Both the position numbers and the translations under genes were made by a program. Shown here piece after piece: positions 18,861 to 27,922 of a stretch of 64,000 bases of DNA (positions are counted from its first letter, which is position 1; each line of letters starts with the position of its first letter). Below the pieces are notes generated by a model. It saw nothing but the letters and a program-made list of their open reading frames with translations, was not told the DNA's origin and did not search any database. Source of the DNA: a virus (Duplodnaviria; Caudoviricetes); the IMG/VR virus record IMGVR_UViG_3300047160_004786, positions 20,955 through 84,954 of that record, one strand, 5' to 3'.

Positions 18861-20228
18861 ATGCCGAGGCCGGATGAGGTTGCTCAGGCTTTAGGTCGGA
18901 CCCAGCCTCAACCGGATCAGGCTGGTTCTGTCCAGAGGATGCTTGCGGCCTTGAAGGCTGATCCTTGGGGTGCTCCCAGTTTCATGGAGGGTGATGCCCC
19001 CAGTCAGTTCGAGGCGGTCACCAGCATTCCTCCCCTTTCGTTTGTGAAGGCTCCCATCAGGGGGATGTACAACGCCTATGGAGCCATTGCTCGTGGTGAG
19101 CAGCCTGATCCCGGTGATCTGCTTGCAGTAGCGGGCGGGGTTGGGGCTCCGGGGCTTGGCAAGGCTGCGGCTCCAGGCGAGGTGGCGTTCGGGGCTGGTC
19201 CTATCAGGGCTTGGCATGCGTCTCCGCATGATTTTGGATCAATAGGCGAGAGGCCGTTCAGCTTGTCGAAGGTCGGGACCGGCGAGGGCAATCAGGCATT
19301 TGGTCACGGGATTTATTCTGCTCAAGGCAAGCCGACAGCCGACTCGTATTTCGAGCAGTTTTCGAGGAGGCCGGTTCAAGAAGGGAACATGTTCTACAAC
19401 GGCAGGCCGATTGATGAGAGGCACCCTGAGTTACCAACCCCTGACCTACAGAGCCTTGCCAAGGTTTTGGTTAATCGTGGCGACAGGTTGCATGAGGGAG
19501 ATTTCGGTGCAGCCTGGGATGAAATGTCAAAGAGACGTACGGATCCCACTGGGGTGTTTGCTCATTTTGGAAGGAACCTAGATAAGATTGACCCAACTGG
19601 ATTGTCGATAGGACCAAAGGCCAGGATGTATGAGTTGGACATACACGAGAACCCGGAGAAATTACTTGATTGGGATGTGGGAACGACAAGGCAATCTCCG
19701 CATGTCAGAGGCGTGATGGATAGGCTAGATCTCACGAGGAAATTACCAGATGCATCTGGTCAGAATATATGGAAGTATCTCGTAGGGGTACTTGAGAGAA
19801 AATATGGTGAAGGTGCTCCAGCGGAAGCCGCAAATATTTTGGATTCAGCCGGGATACCCGGCATCAAGTATCTCGACAGAGCGTCTCGGCTTGGAGGTGG
19901 AGGGTTGATACCCAAGCCTGTCATCCAGGCGTTGAACAAGCTGGATTACCTCGGGTTCGATACCCCAGGCCAAGCCATGAGAGCGTTGCGTGAGAACCTG
20001 AAGGCCGGTCACAATCCAATGGACATATGGGACTTGAACCGGCCGGAGGATGCGGCTCACGCCAAGACCATCATGGACTATCTGCACAATCCGCCAAGTG
20101 CGACCCGCAATTATGTCTCATTTGATCCCAGCACGATTGAGATCATAGGCAAGTACGGCATTCCGGCTGTGATGGGCCTGGGTGCGGCCGGGATGGAAGC
20201 AGTGAGCGGTGTCAAGGGGAAGAAGTGA
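18861..20228 (+). CDS. ADP-ribosyltransferase-like (ART-PolyVal type) putative virion cargo protein
   Basis: AWHASPHDF...SKVGTGEGNQAFGHGIY, MYELDI, GIPGIKYLD, NYVSFDP motifs. Confidence 0.75.
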   Translation: MPRPDEVAQALGRTQPQPDQAGSVQRMLAALKADPWGAPSFMEGDAPSQFEAVTSIPPLSFVKAPIRGMYNAYGAIARGEQPDPGDLLAVAGGVGAPGLGKAAAPGEVAFGAGPIRAWHASPHDFGSIGERPFSLSKVGTGEGNQAFGHGIYSAQGKPTADSYFEQFSRRPVQEGNMFYNGRPIDERHPELPTPDLQSLAKVLVNRGDRLHEGDFGAAWDEMSKRRTDPTGVFAHFGRNLDKIDPTGLSIGPKARMYELDIHENPEKLLDWDVGTTRQSPHVRGVMDRLDLTRKLPDASGQNIWKYLVGVLERKYGEGAPAEAANILDSAGIPGIKYLDRASRLGGGGLIPKPVIQALNKLDYLGFDTPGQAMRALRENLKAGHNPMDIWDLNRPEDAAHAKTIMDYLHNPPSATRNYVSFDPSTIEIIGKYGIPAVMGLGAAGMEAVSGVKGKK

Positions 20229-21214
20229 TGCCAAAGACCCTGCTTCAGATCATCAATCAGGTCCAGGGGGAGCTTGGTATTCCCCAGACATCTCCCATCG
20301 TGGGGAACCCTGATCCATCGACGCTGCAACTCTATAATCTTCTCATTGGCCTCACGACTGAGTTGAGGAGAATGAAGTTATGGACGGTCTGCCAATGGGA
20401 GATGATTATCGAGGTGCCGCCGGCCAGTGTCTTTGTGGGGGATACGGCACAGAACAGCAACCAGATCATCAATATCTCGCCTCCGCTAGCGACCTTTCCC
20501 CAGTTGGTGCCTCAGCTATTCGTTGCGGATGTCCCATCGATCCCGACCGAGTGTCGGGTTGCTGGGGTTGATTTCGGTAATAACATCCTTACCCTCAACA
20601 TGGTGGCGACGGTCAATCAGACCCAGGTGACGTTCCAGCTTGCCCAGGACACGTTTTCATTCCCGCCAGATTTTGATTTCTTTCAGAACCGGACGATGTG
20701 GGACCGGACCAACCGATGGGAGTTGCTTGGCCCCGACAGTCCGCAGATGGACCAGTGGCACCGGTCTGGCATTGTGGTGACTGGACCCAGGCGACATTTC
20801 CGCAAGCTGGGTCCTTACAGCAATGGCCAGTTTCGGGTGTGGCCAAGCCCGCTCGAACTGGTTACCAACATGCAACTTGTGTTCGAGTACATGAGCCAGA
20901 ACTGTGTGGCGGTCGCCGGGTCGGCTAGTGAGCCAATGCCGGCGTTTGCAATGAACTTTACGACCGACACAGATACGCCTTTGCTGGATGACGACCTGTT
21001 GATCAAGGGGCTGAAATGGAAATTCTGGGAGATCAAGGGGTTCAACTTCGCGGATATGAAAAACGACTGGCTTGACTATGTGGATGAGATGTATGCCCGG
21101 GACGGATCGCGGAAGACGTTGAACCTCGTGAAGCGGGTCAACCCGATATTCCTGTCGCCGGCAAACGTCAGCGACGGCTTCTATCCTGGTCCGATTGGCC
21201 CAAACGCCATGTAA
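20225..21214 (+). CDS. head-to-tail adaptor (P22 gp4 / tail tubular A-like)
   Basis: TLLQIINQVQGELG, P.DFD...NRTMWDRTNRW.L.GP.SPQ, LDDDLLIKGLKW motifs. Confidence 0.75.
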   Translation: MMPKTLLQIINQVQGELGIPQTSPIVGNPDPSTLQLYNLLIGLTTELRRMKLWTVCQWEMIIEVPPASVFVGDTAQNSNQIINISPPLATFPQLVPQLFVADVPSIPTECRVAGVDFGNNILTLNMVATVNQTQVTFQLAQDTFSFPPDFDFFQNRTMWDRTNRWELLGPDSPQMDQWHRSGIVVTGPRRHFRKLGPYSNGQFRVWPSPLELVTNMQLVFEYMSQNCVAVAGSASEPMPAFAMNFTTDTDTPLLDDDLLIKGLKWKFWEIKGFNFADMKNDWLDYVDEMYARDGSRKTLNLVKRVNPIFLSPANVSDGFYPGPIGPNAM

Positions 21215-21227
21215 TTCGGGGGTTTTT

Positions 21228-21761
21228 ATGGGTCGCAAGCTGGGAACAAAGGCTGTCAATAAGCGTGATCCGGCCTTTACCAGGGCTGTTTTAGATACGA
21301 TGCGGCTTGACCCTAAGACTGGCAGCTTGAGGTTCGAGGGGATGTACGTATCGGCCCACCTGGATATCGGCTGGAAGGGCAGTGTGGTCTCGGTCCCGGT
21401 CTCGCATGTCGTCTGGTTGGCCGCTCACGGGAGGTGGCCGGCTGAGGGGTTGCACCTCGATCACCTCGATAATGATCCACTGAATAACAAGCTGGCGAAT
21501 CTTGCGGAGGTGACGCACACCGAGAACCAGAGAAGGCGTCGAGGCCGCACTGTCAGCCATGCTTATGGGACCGGCAAATATGGCCATGGCATAAGCGTCA
21601 ACATGGATAAGCGGGATGGTCGGTTCTATGTGTCCAGGCAGATGAGCCGTGGCCACGGGAACGGCGATCTGAAGAATGTGAGGGTCTCTTTGGGGGGATT
21701 TGCCACGCTGGCGGCTGCGGAGAGCAAGGTGAGACGGGTCATTCGGAGGCTCGACCACTGA
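21228..21761 (+). CDS. free-standing HNH endonuclease
   Basis: SHVVWL..HG.WP...LDHLDNDPLNNKLANLAEVTHTEN. Confidence 0.8.
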   Translation: MGRKLGTKAVNKRDPAFTRAVLDTMRLDPKTGSLRFEGMYVSAHLDIGWKGSVVSVPVSHVVWLAAHGRWPAEGLHLDHLDNDPLNNKLANLAEVTHTENQRRRRGRTVSHAYGTGKYGHGISVNMDKRDGRFYVSRQMSRGHGNGDLKNVRVSLGGFATLAAAESKVRRVIRRLDH

Positions 21762-21940
21762 TGCCCTTCGCCAAGGTCTGTCCCAGGTGTGGGACAGCGT
21801 TCATGGCAAAGCAGCAGAAGGTCCGCTACTGCTCGCGGGTGTGCTCGTCGCATGCCGGGGGAGATCGGAGGGTAGCCGAGATCAAGGTGGAGAGGATCCG
21901 GCGGGCCATGGCGGCGGCCAAGAAGGGGAAGGGCCAGTGA
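21761..21940 (+). CDS. 59-aa zinc-finger protein (not in ORF track)
   Basis: TGATG overlap; MPFAKVCPRCGTAF...YCSRVCS. Confidence 0.6.
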   Translation: MPFAKVCPRCGTAFMAKQQKVRYCSRVCSSHAGGDRRVAEIKVERIRRAMAAAKKGKGQ

Positions 21941-22173
21941 GGGGCGTGCCAGGGCTCCAGGAGCCTCGCTGGTGAGCCTGACTGAGTTGAGGGTACATTC
22001 TAGCCTGGAGGACACCGGGCCTCTCCAGGCCGCTCCTGGAGCGTTTAAAGGGTGCATGGGCCGGCATCCTTGGACCGCTTATGAACGGGGCACTGTGCCC
22101 CCGCCCGCCCCGGCAGGATGCCTTTCTGGGAGGGGTCGATCCCCATGCTGACCGGCCCAGAGACTGGGCGGGC

Positions 22174-23331
22174 CTACGGTGTCGGCTCGTGCTCGACCGT
22201 GTAGTCGTTCGTCACCCATCCCAGTGAGGCATCACCTCGGGGGTGGGCCTTGACGTTGATCCGCTGGCCACCGCAGTGCTTGCAGCGGAGAGCATTGCCA
22301 ATCACCTCTAGCTCGTGGCCATCGCACAATGGTGACAATGGATGCCTCCAGTCTTTACGCAAGTGTGCTCGGACCATGGTGGCACGCCGCCGGGTGATGG
22401 CGATAGCCTCCCTGGCGACCCGCCTGTACCGCTTCACCGGGATGGTGAGGTGGATGATTTTGTGGTCGACAAATCGTCGCCACCGGCCATGAGCGACGTA
22501 ACCATGATCCTGATGTATGACATCAGATACCGTGACGGGAAGACAATTGATGGTCGCCAGGAGTGCCCACAAATAACGTAAGTCTGAGACCATCTCTCGG
22601 AGGGTGTGTTGTCCCTCTTGCTTGACGTATTCTTGCATTATCACTGGATCGTAGGCGGGATTGATTGTGACCGACACCGTGTCGGTCTGGTATTCCAAGA
22701 CGCCGGTCAGGAGACCGGCGAAAGTCGGTTTTACTTTCGTTTCCTTACCTTCCACGTCACGATAGAAAGTTCCTGGAAAGTCTATATCTGGTGTGGGCCA
22801 GGGAGGGGATCCCTGATCGACACGCCAAGTCCAGGCCAATGCATTGGCGTTGGGATACTCGGTTTTGACCCGTCTGCCGTCTATCCGGCCCATTCTTTCC
22901 GGGTTCCAGGCGTGCGACGAGCACTCGATGGCCATGAAGGCGGTTTCAAGCTGGGGATGCTGGAGTAGGAGCCATCCGTTGCGGTCTGGAAGCTCGGCTG
23001 GATCGAGATCGATGCCGGCTCCGTATTCCTCGACCGCACGTCTCGCCTTGGCAGCGAAATTGTACTCGATCCAAGTCACCGGGTGAGGGAGCCTTGACAT
23101 CATTCGCATGCTATCGAGCAGCAAGCGGGCCTTTTCCGCCGTCTTGCATGTCAACAGGGAAGCGTATGCGAGGTCTGCCATGTGGGCAGACATGTCATCA
23201 CCTAGGATGAACTTGCGAGCCTGGGCAATCTTGCTTGCCATAAACATCTTCTTATCTGCTTTTCGTCCAAGTCGACTGAGGCAGTACCTCATGATCTTAT
23301 CAGCCAGGGTAGGTGTGTCGTTTTTAGACAT
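22174..23331 (-). CDS. conserved phage hypothetical (C-terminal RxHLR motif, Cys/His cluster)
   Basis: Long ORF; AGAGG RBS before ATG 23331; last gene of the leftward array. Confidence 0.7.
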   Translation of the reverse strand: MSKNDTPTLADKIMRYCLSRLGRKADKKMFMASKIAQARKFILGDDMSAHMADLAYASLLTCKTAEKARLLLDSMRMMSRLPHPVTWIEYNFAAKARRAVEEYGAGIDLDPAELPDRNGWLLLQHPQLETAFMAIECSSHAWNPERMGRIDGRRVKTEYPNANALAWTWRVDQGSPPWPTPDIDFPGTFYRDVEGKETKVKPTFAGLLTGVLEYQTDTVSVTINPAYDPVIMQEYVKQEGQHTLREMVSDLRYLWALLATINCLPVTVSDVIHQDHGYVAHGRWRRFVDHKIIHLTIPVKRYRRVAREAIAITRRRATMVRAHLRKDWRHPLSPLCDGHELEVIGNALRCKHCGGQRINVKAHPRGDASLGWVTNDYTVEHEPTP

Positions 23332-23399
23332 GTTTGGTCCTCTGTTACATCGCACGTAGAGACGGCCTCTCGCACTGAGGTCGCCTCGGCTTGCGGTGC

Positions 23400-23705
23400 T
23401 CAGTCCATCCTCGCCACCTCGAACGAACCGTCGGGTTGGACGATGGCCACCCAGGCATGCAGGAACACGAGGATCCGTTCGTCCCGCAGCTTGGTCGAGG
23501 CCAGGAGCGGTGACGGTGGATCGCCTGGATACACGAGACCGTCGTCGGTGAGTTCGTGTCCCTTGAAGGGACGCCAGCCGCCGCCGTGAGCGTAACCCTC
23601 ATCGAGTTGCTCACGAGCGGGCCGGGGGTCGTTCTCGTCCAGAAAGGACGGGATCAGACCGATATGATCGATGGTGGTCTTGGGGTGATGTTTGAACCAG
23701 ATCAT
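23400..23705 (-). CDS. conserved phage early protein
   Basis: GLIPSFL...DPRPAREQ...YAHGGGW...YPGDPP...DGSFEVARMD family motif. Confidence 0.7.
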   Translation of the reverse strand: MIWFKHHPKTTIDHIGLIPSFLDENDPRPAREQLDEGYAHGGGWRPFKGHELTDDGLVYPGDPPSPLLASTKLRDERILVFLHAWVAIVQPDGSFEVARMD

Positions 23706-23938
23706 AGTTCCTTAACCCTTTCGATTTGGAGCTTGACTACCTCATAGGGTCCGGTGCAGTTCACACCGGGTGTGCCGTAGACGGCCTTGCCGTTGGTGAG
23801 TTGTCTGAATGCGTCCTTGAGTGCCAAGTCCGGCACCAGGACGAAATCACCCTTCTTGAAGGTGTTGATGACGCCGCTTGCACTCCATGTCTGAAAGTGT
23901 GCGGCCTCGCCATCGATCTTGTAGATGTATTTGGGCAT
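23702..23938 (-). CDS. small hypothetical protein
   Basis: Coupled to both neighbours; 78 aa. Confidence 0.6.
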   Translation of the reverse strand: MPKYIYKIDGEAAHFQTWSASGVINTFKKGDFVLVPDLALKDAFRQLTNGKAVYGTPGVNCTGPYEVVKLQIERVKEL

Positions 23939-23939
23939 A

Positions 23940-24143
23940 TTACCTTCCCGGGATCATGGTCCACTGACCAATGGTGTTGCTGTTGGCGTCAACGATGCTG
24001 CCGTAGATCGAATCGCCGGCAGATGGGGCTCGATTGTCTTCGATGCGTTCCGCGATTTCCCGCAGGAGACGCACCACCTCGATCCGCCGGTCGCCATTGT
24101 CGGTGAAGGCGGCATTGTAGGTCTTGAAGCTCAACTTGAACAT
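23940..24143 (-). CDS. small phage protein (FKTYNAAF family-like)
   Basis: GAGGA RBS before ATG 24143; N-terminal NAAF and C-terminal DANSNTIGQW. Confidence 0.65.
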   Translation of the reverse strand: MFKLSFKTYNAAFTDNGDRRIEVVRLLREIAERIEDNRAPSAGDSIYGSIVDANSNTIGQWTMIPGR

Positions 24144-24214
24144 CTGGTCCTCTGTTGCTAGGGTGACGTTGATCCCGCTGGAGCATGAGGTCCATCGTGC
24201 TCGCGGGAGAGATT

Positions 24215-24255
24215 GGCCCCGGTCCAATCTGTCGCCCTGGACCGGGGCCTTTTTT
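24215..24255 (+). terminator. intrinsic terminator, + orientation
   Basis: 12-bp stem GGCCCCGGTCCA/TGGACCGGGGCC followed by T6. Confidence 0.6.
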
Positions 24256-24457
24256 ATCGTTGGTCACCTACGGTGAGACCAGCCTCGATGGCTCCGTCGA
24301 TGATGGGACCGACAAACCGGGGCTCGGCGGCGATGCCGTGCTCGCCCCAGGTCAGATCGACCTCGACGTTCTCATTGAGCCACTCTCGACCGGCCTCGGA
24401 GTTGCCGTAGATGATGACGACGCTGCCGTACCATTGGACGGTGATGTCGCTAGGCAT
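24254..24457 (-). CDS. small phage protein
   Basis: AGAGGAG RBS; GSVVII...AGREWLNENV...IAAEPRF motif. Confidence 0.65.
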   Translation of the reverse strand: MPSDITVQWYGSVVIIYGNSEAGREWLNENVEVDLTWGEHGIAAEPRFVGPIIDGAIEAGLTVGDQR

Positions 24458-24523
24458 AAGGTCTCCTCTGTTACGGGTATGGCACCCACTGATGCTGCCT
24501 CTCCAAGGCAGCATCGATTGGTG

Positions 24524-24973
24524 TCAGCCGTTACGAATGAAATCGAGTGCCTCCTTTCCTGATAGAGGCATCCGTTTGGTCTCGCCGGCCCGCTTAGCCT
24601 TGAGCTTGGCGATGCGGCCTCGGGCCTTGGCCTTGCGGCGGGCCTCGGCCTTGGCCAGGATCTCGGCCCGGGCCTTGTCGTCCTCGGCGTCACCGAGGGC
24701 ACCCTCCTGGGTCCGTTGCAGGAAGACCGGGATGTCGAGCTTGGTCACGGGAGCCGGCACTGTAACAGGCTCCGGTTCCTTGCTTGGTGCCGCCTTTGCC
24801 GCCGGCTTGGGTTTGGCCGGGGCCACCTTCTCATATCGCTTGACAAGCTTGTAGAGAGCCTGGAGCTTACCGTTAACTCTAACCAGATCGTTGATGATCT
24901 TCTCGCGTTTGAGAGCGTACTTGTTAATGTCGGCAATCGCTTGCTGGTGCCGACGTTCGATCAGGGTAGCCAT
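24524..24973 (-). CDS. coiled-coil/basic protein with FtsZ C-terminal-peptide-like motif LDIPVFLQR
   Basis: AAAGGAG RBS; motif encoded at 24713-24739. Confidence 0.65.
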   Translation of the reverse strand: MATLIERRHQQAIADINKYALKREKIINDLVRVNGKLQALYKLVKRYEKVAPAKPKPAAKAAPSKEPEPVTVPAPVTKLDIPVFLQRTQEGALGDAEDDKARAEILAKAEARRKAKARGRIAKLKAKRAGETKRMPLSGKEALDFIRNG

Positions 24974-25157
24974 CCAGTATCTCCTTTCTGACAGCACGTA
25001 CCTGTTCCAACTCTTCCTCGTCAGCCTGGATTACGAGGAGGTTGTATTTGCGTCGTCGCGGATGCTTGAAGAAATCGATCCGCTTTTCAAGCTGGTCTAT
25101 TCGATGGTTGAGGCAATCTACGATCACCTCAACCGCTTCCTGAAGCGTCGGTTTCAT
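24924..25157 (-). CDS. small hypothetical protein
   Basis: GGAGG RBS just after hairpin copy A. Confidence 0.55.
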   Translation of the reverse strand: MKPTLQEAVEVIVDCLNHRIDQLEKRIDFFKHPRRRKYNLLVIQADEEELEQVRAVRKEILDGYPDRTSAPASDCRH

Positions 25158-25243
25158 TTGGTTCCCTCCGTGATGCGGCTGGAGCCCCCCATGCTCGTGC
25201 TGAGATCAGCAGAGAGGGCTCGGGTAGCATCACCTCCTTTCAA

Positions 25244-25609
25244 TCAATCCCTTCCGAAACCGAGAGGGATGTCGGCCGCCTCGGCCTCGCTTGCGAGATC
25301 CCGAATGGTGCTGATGGCACTTTCCAGGTCGCTCTCGGCACCATCGATCTCCAGGCCGCAGATAGTTTCAAGCTTTTCGCCCAGGGCGGATGAGGCGAGG
25401 TTTTCAGGAAGATTGTCCTTCCAGTCCTCAAACTCTTCTTGAATGGAACGGAGGTCCGCCAGGGCGTCAGTCAGGCGAGAGATAGCGTCCTCGATCTCCG
25501 AGGCGATGCTGTCCACCTCAGAGGCTGCTTCACGCCAGCGGTCGCCACGGGTCTGCTTCTTGCTTTTGCGAGCGGGAGCGGCAGGCGTAGTGGGGGTCTG
25601 TTCAGACAT
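25244..25609 (-). CDS. acidic coiled-coil phage protein
   Basis: EDWKDNLPENL.SSALGEKL motif; start uncertain. Confidence 0.65.
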   Translation of the reverse strand: MSEQTPTTPAAPARKSKKQTRGDRWREAASEVDSIASEIEDAISRLTDALADLRSIQEEFEDWKDNLPENLASSALGEKLETICGLEIDGAESDLESAISTIRDLASEAEAADIPLGFGRD

Positions 25610-25710
25610 GTTCGTCGCTTTCGGTTGGTTCCCGCGATGATGCGGCTGGAGCCGTCCCCGCCTCGGTTGAGGCTGGGGAGCGGGAACGGCTCGGGTCACA
25701 TCACCTCCTT

Positions 25711-25914
25711 TCAGGTCAGATGTTTCGTTCCGGCCTGGGTCCACTCGGCCGTAACGGGATCAGACACCTCGATCACGCGGGTGTCGGTGACCAGGGTCCA
25801 ACGCCAGGACAAATCCCTGACGTAGTCCTTGGCCTCCTGCTCGGTTGCAAAACGCAGAGCGTTGCCGACCCACTTGCCGGAACGATCAGCGATCACCTCG
25901 GGCTTCCAACTCAC
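25711..25914 (-). CDS. small phage protein
   Basis: SWKPEV...GKWVGNALRFATEQEA motif; GGAGG RBS. Confidence 0.65.
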   Translation of the reverse strand: MSWKPEVIADRSGKWVGNALRFATEQEAKDYVRDLSWRWTLVTDTRVIEVSDPVTAEWTQAGTKHLT

Positions 25915-26120
25915 GGTTTTCCTCCATATGTCAGGAATGCTTGCCAGTAGTCCTCGTAGTTGGGACGGTTCCAGTCACCCTTCTCCGCGTCCCAGTCGGC
26001 CTCGCCGCAGGCAAGGATGGCGGCATCGCCTTCTGCGATTTCCTCGTCGGTTGTTCCTGGCGGATGGAGTGACCAGCCGCCGTCGCCGGTATCGGACCGG
26101 CACAGAATAAAGAGGCTCAT
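25911..26120 (-). CDS. small acidic phage protein
   Basis: GGAGGA RBS before ATG 26120; stop overlaps the next start. Confidence 0.6.
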   Translation of the reverse strand: MSLFILCRSDTGDGGWSLHPPGTTDEEIAEGDAAILACGEADWDAEKGDWNRPNYEDYWQAFLTYGGKP

Positions 26121-26134
26121 TTGATCCTCCTGGC

Positions 26135-26380
26135 TCATCGACGCTTGCCCAGGGACGGCAAGCCGCCGCTCACCGTCCAAACGCTCTTATGCTTACGTCG
26201 CTTCCAGCTTGTAATTTCAGCCCGCAGGCGTTCCCATTGCTTGCGGTCAGGGTGTTTCACGTTGGCGTTGGCACCAGCTCGGCCCAACTCAATGAAGCGG
26301 GCCTCGACCAGCTGGCGGTATTCCGCCTGGGACAACGGCGGCTCGTTGAAGAGCCACTGTTTAATGTCGTTTTTGGCCAT
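26135..26380 (-). CDS. small basic protein
   Basis: GGAGAG RBS; 81 aa. Confidence 0.55.
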   Translation of the reverse strand: MAKNDIKQWLFNEPPLSQAEYRQLVEARFIELGRAGANANVKHPDRKQWERLRAEITSWKRRKHKSVWTVSGGLPSLGKRR

Positions 26381-26399
26381 ATGTCTCTCCGATAGGCTC

Positions 26400-26780
26400 T
26401 AGGACCGCCTCAGAGGCTCACTGGTGCGGTCTGGGTGGAAGGGGTAGGGCAGAGTAGGGGTCGAGGCCCCACCGCATGGGCGGGGCTCCCAGGGTGCTTT
26501 CCGAGGGTGGGCAATGTCGGTCTACTGCCGTCTCCCCGGTTGTCAGCCGGGTGCTCTTGGTTTTTGTCGAGCAGGCCGCTAGAGGCGGCCCTGGCCGAGG
26601 CCGCAGTCTGCGGTGGCCACCTGCTCGGACCTCTTCTGAGCTACACCCCCGGGAAGCACCCCGGGCTACTTGTGACCGCAGCTATCCTAGCTTCGCTGCG
26701 GCCTCGTGAGCCGGCACTAGGGCTCACCCACCCCCAGTCCTTCATCGCCGTGAGGCTCTAGAGTAGGGGGCGTAATCCGC
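26400..26780 (-). ncRNA. candidate structured non-coding RNA
   Basis: About 380 nt with no ORF on the transcribed strand; many GC hairpins and a three-way junction. Confidence 0.35.
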
Positions 26781-26824
26781 ATGGTGCGGCTGGGTCCCGC
26801 CGCCTTAGACGGGACCGGGTCGCA

Positions 26825-27091
26825 TCACTTAGGGAAACGACCGTCGCTCGGCTCGAGCCCCTCGTAGTCGAGGGGGTAAGCCCGGTCGTAGAGACTGGAC
26901 ACCTGACTGATGTCCTCATCAGCCAGATGGTAGAAATTACGGATGTCCTCGAACCAGTGGGACAACCGTCCGTCATAGCACCAGAGGCATCCCCGGTGCT
27001 GGTTTGGATGCTCGCCCGCATGCCTAGAGTGTTCGAGGGCAGTGATGCGGGCGTCCCGCACGAGGCGGGCACAGAACAGGGGGTCAAGCAT
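26825..27091 (-). CDS. small phage protein
   Basis: AGAGGAG RBS; stop TGA begins hairpin copy C. Confidence 0.6.
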   Translation of the reverse strand: MLDPLFCARLVRDARITALEHSRHAGEHPNQHRGCLWCYDGRLSHWFEDIRNFYHLADEDISQVSSLYDRAYPLDYEGLEPSDGRFPK

Positions 27092-27137
27092 TATCAGATT
27101 CTCCTCTGTTGGTTTATGTGGTGTGCAGGGTGTCGCA

Positions 27138-27383
27138 TCAGTCACCCAGATACGGGTATCTAGCGGCGTTCTCTCGCCGCCAGTATCTCCTCTCAAGCTC
27201 GATGGCCCATTTCTCGGCCGCCTTGAGAGCGTTGAACTGTTTGAGTTTGATCACCTCGCTGTCTTCACGGCGGAAGGCTGCGTATTTACGCTCACCCTTT
27301 GAGGGGTAAGCCGGATTCAGGTCGGCGTAGAACTTGGTTACCAACCGTGCGTTTTTCAGATCGTCTCTGCTATCGATTTCCAT
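27138..27383 (-). CDS. small basic phage protein
   Basis: AGAGGAG RBS directly after hairpin copy D. Confidence 0.65.
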   Translation of the reverse strand: MEIDSRDDLKNARLVTKFYADLNPAYPSKGERKYAAFRREDSEVIKLKQFNALKAAEKWAIELERRYWRRENAARYPYLGD

Positions 27384-27443
27384 CGTACTCTCTCCTCTGT
27401 TGCGGCTGGAGGGGCACGTCGCACTCGTGTCCCTCGGGTCGCA

Positions 27444-27638
27444 TCAGTCTTTCGGGCACCGCCCGTTCCAGTGGTCGAAGAAATGAGCACGGCAGTCGAA
27501 GCACGTGCTGTCGTTGTTCCCGTCGGCAAAGAACCGGTCGTCATGAAACCGGTCTCGCCCAATCCGCCACTTGGCATTGCGGGGCATCGCTTGCAATTGA
27601 TCCGCAATGTCCTGGGCGTTCACAATCAGCAATGTCAT
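27444..27638 (-). CDS. small Cys/His protein
   Basis: GGAGG RBS; CFDCRAHF motif. Confidence 0.6.
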   Translation of the reverse strand: MTLLIVNAQDIADQLQAMPRNAKWRIGRDRFHDDRFFADGNNDSTCFDCRAHFFDHWNGRCPKD

Positions 27639-27647
27639 TCGATCCTC

Positions 27648-27863
27648 CTAGTTGATCAGCTTGCCCACAACCGCATGCAGGGTGCGGGCGTCATGGCCCC
27701 ACTGGGCGGCAGCAACCCTGTCCTGCCAGTTGCTCAGCAAGTGCTCCTGCTTCTCGAAAGAGATGTTCGAGAGGGCCTCAACTACGGCTGACAGGCAGCT
27801 ATGGTCGATCATCGCCTCAAGGGCCAGTTCCTGTTCTTTGGTCAGTGTCGTCACGTTCATCAC
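27648..27863 (-). CDS. small phage protein
   Basis: LEAMID...LSAVVEALSNI..EK.EHL..NWQD motif. Confidence 0.65.
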   Translation of the reverse strand: MMNVTTLTKEQELALEAMIDHSCLSAVVEALSNISFEKQEHLLSNWQDRVAAAQWGHDARTLHAVVGKLIN

Positions 27864-27922
27864 TCCTCTGTTTGATGATCCGGCTGGAGCCCCTCGACCG
27901 GGGCTCGGGTCGTGCCACCTCC

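Noticed and set aside
25171-25245. 16S rRNA gene fragment
   Set aside because: Only two short (10-12 nt) matches split by a hairpin; no other rRNA sequence.
26590-26650. tRNA-like start GGGGGTGTAGCTCAG...GAGCA on the minus strand
   Set aside because: No T-arm (GTTCRA), no anticodon arm and no matching acceptor 3' strand.
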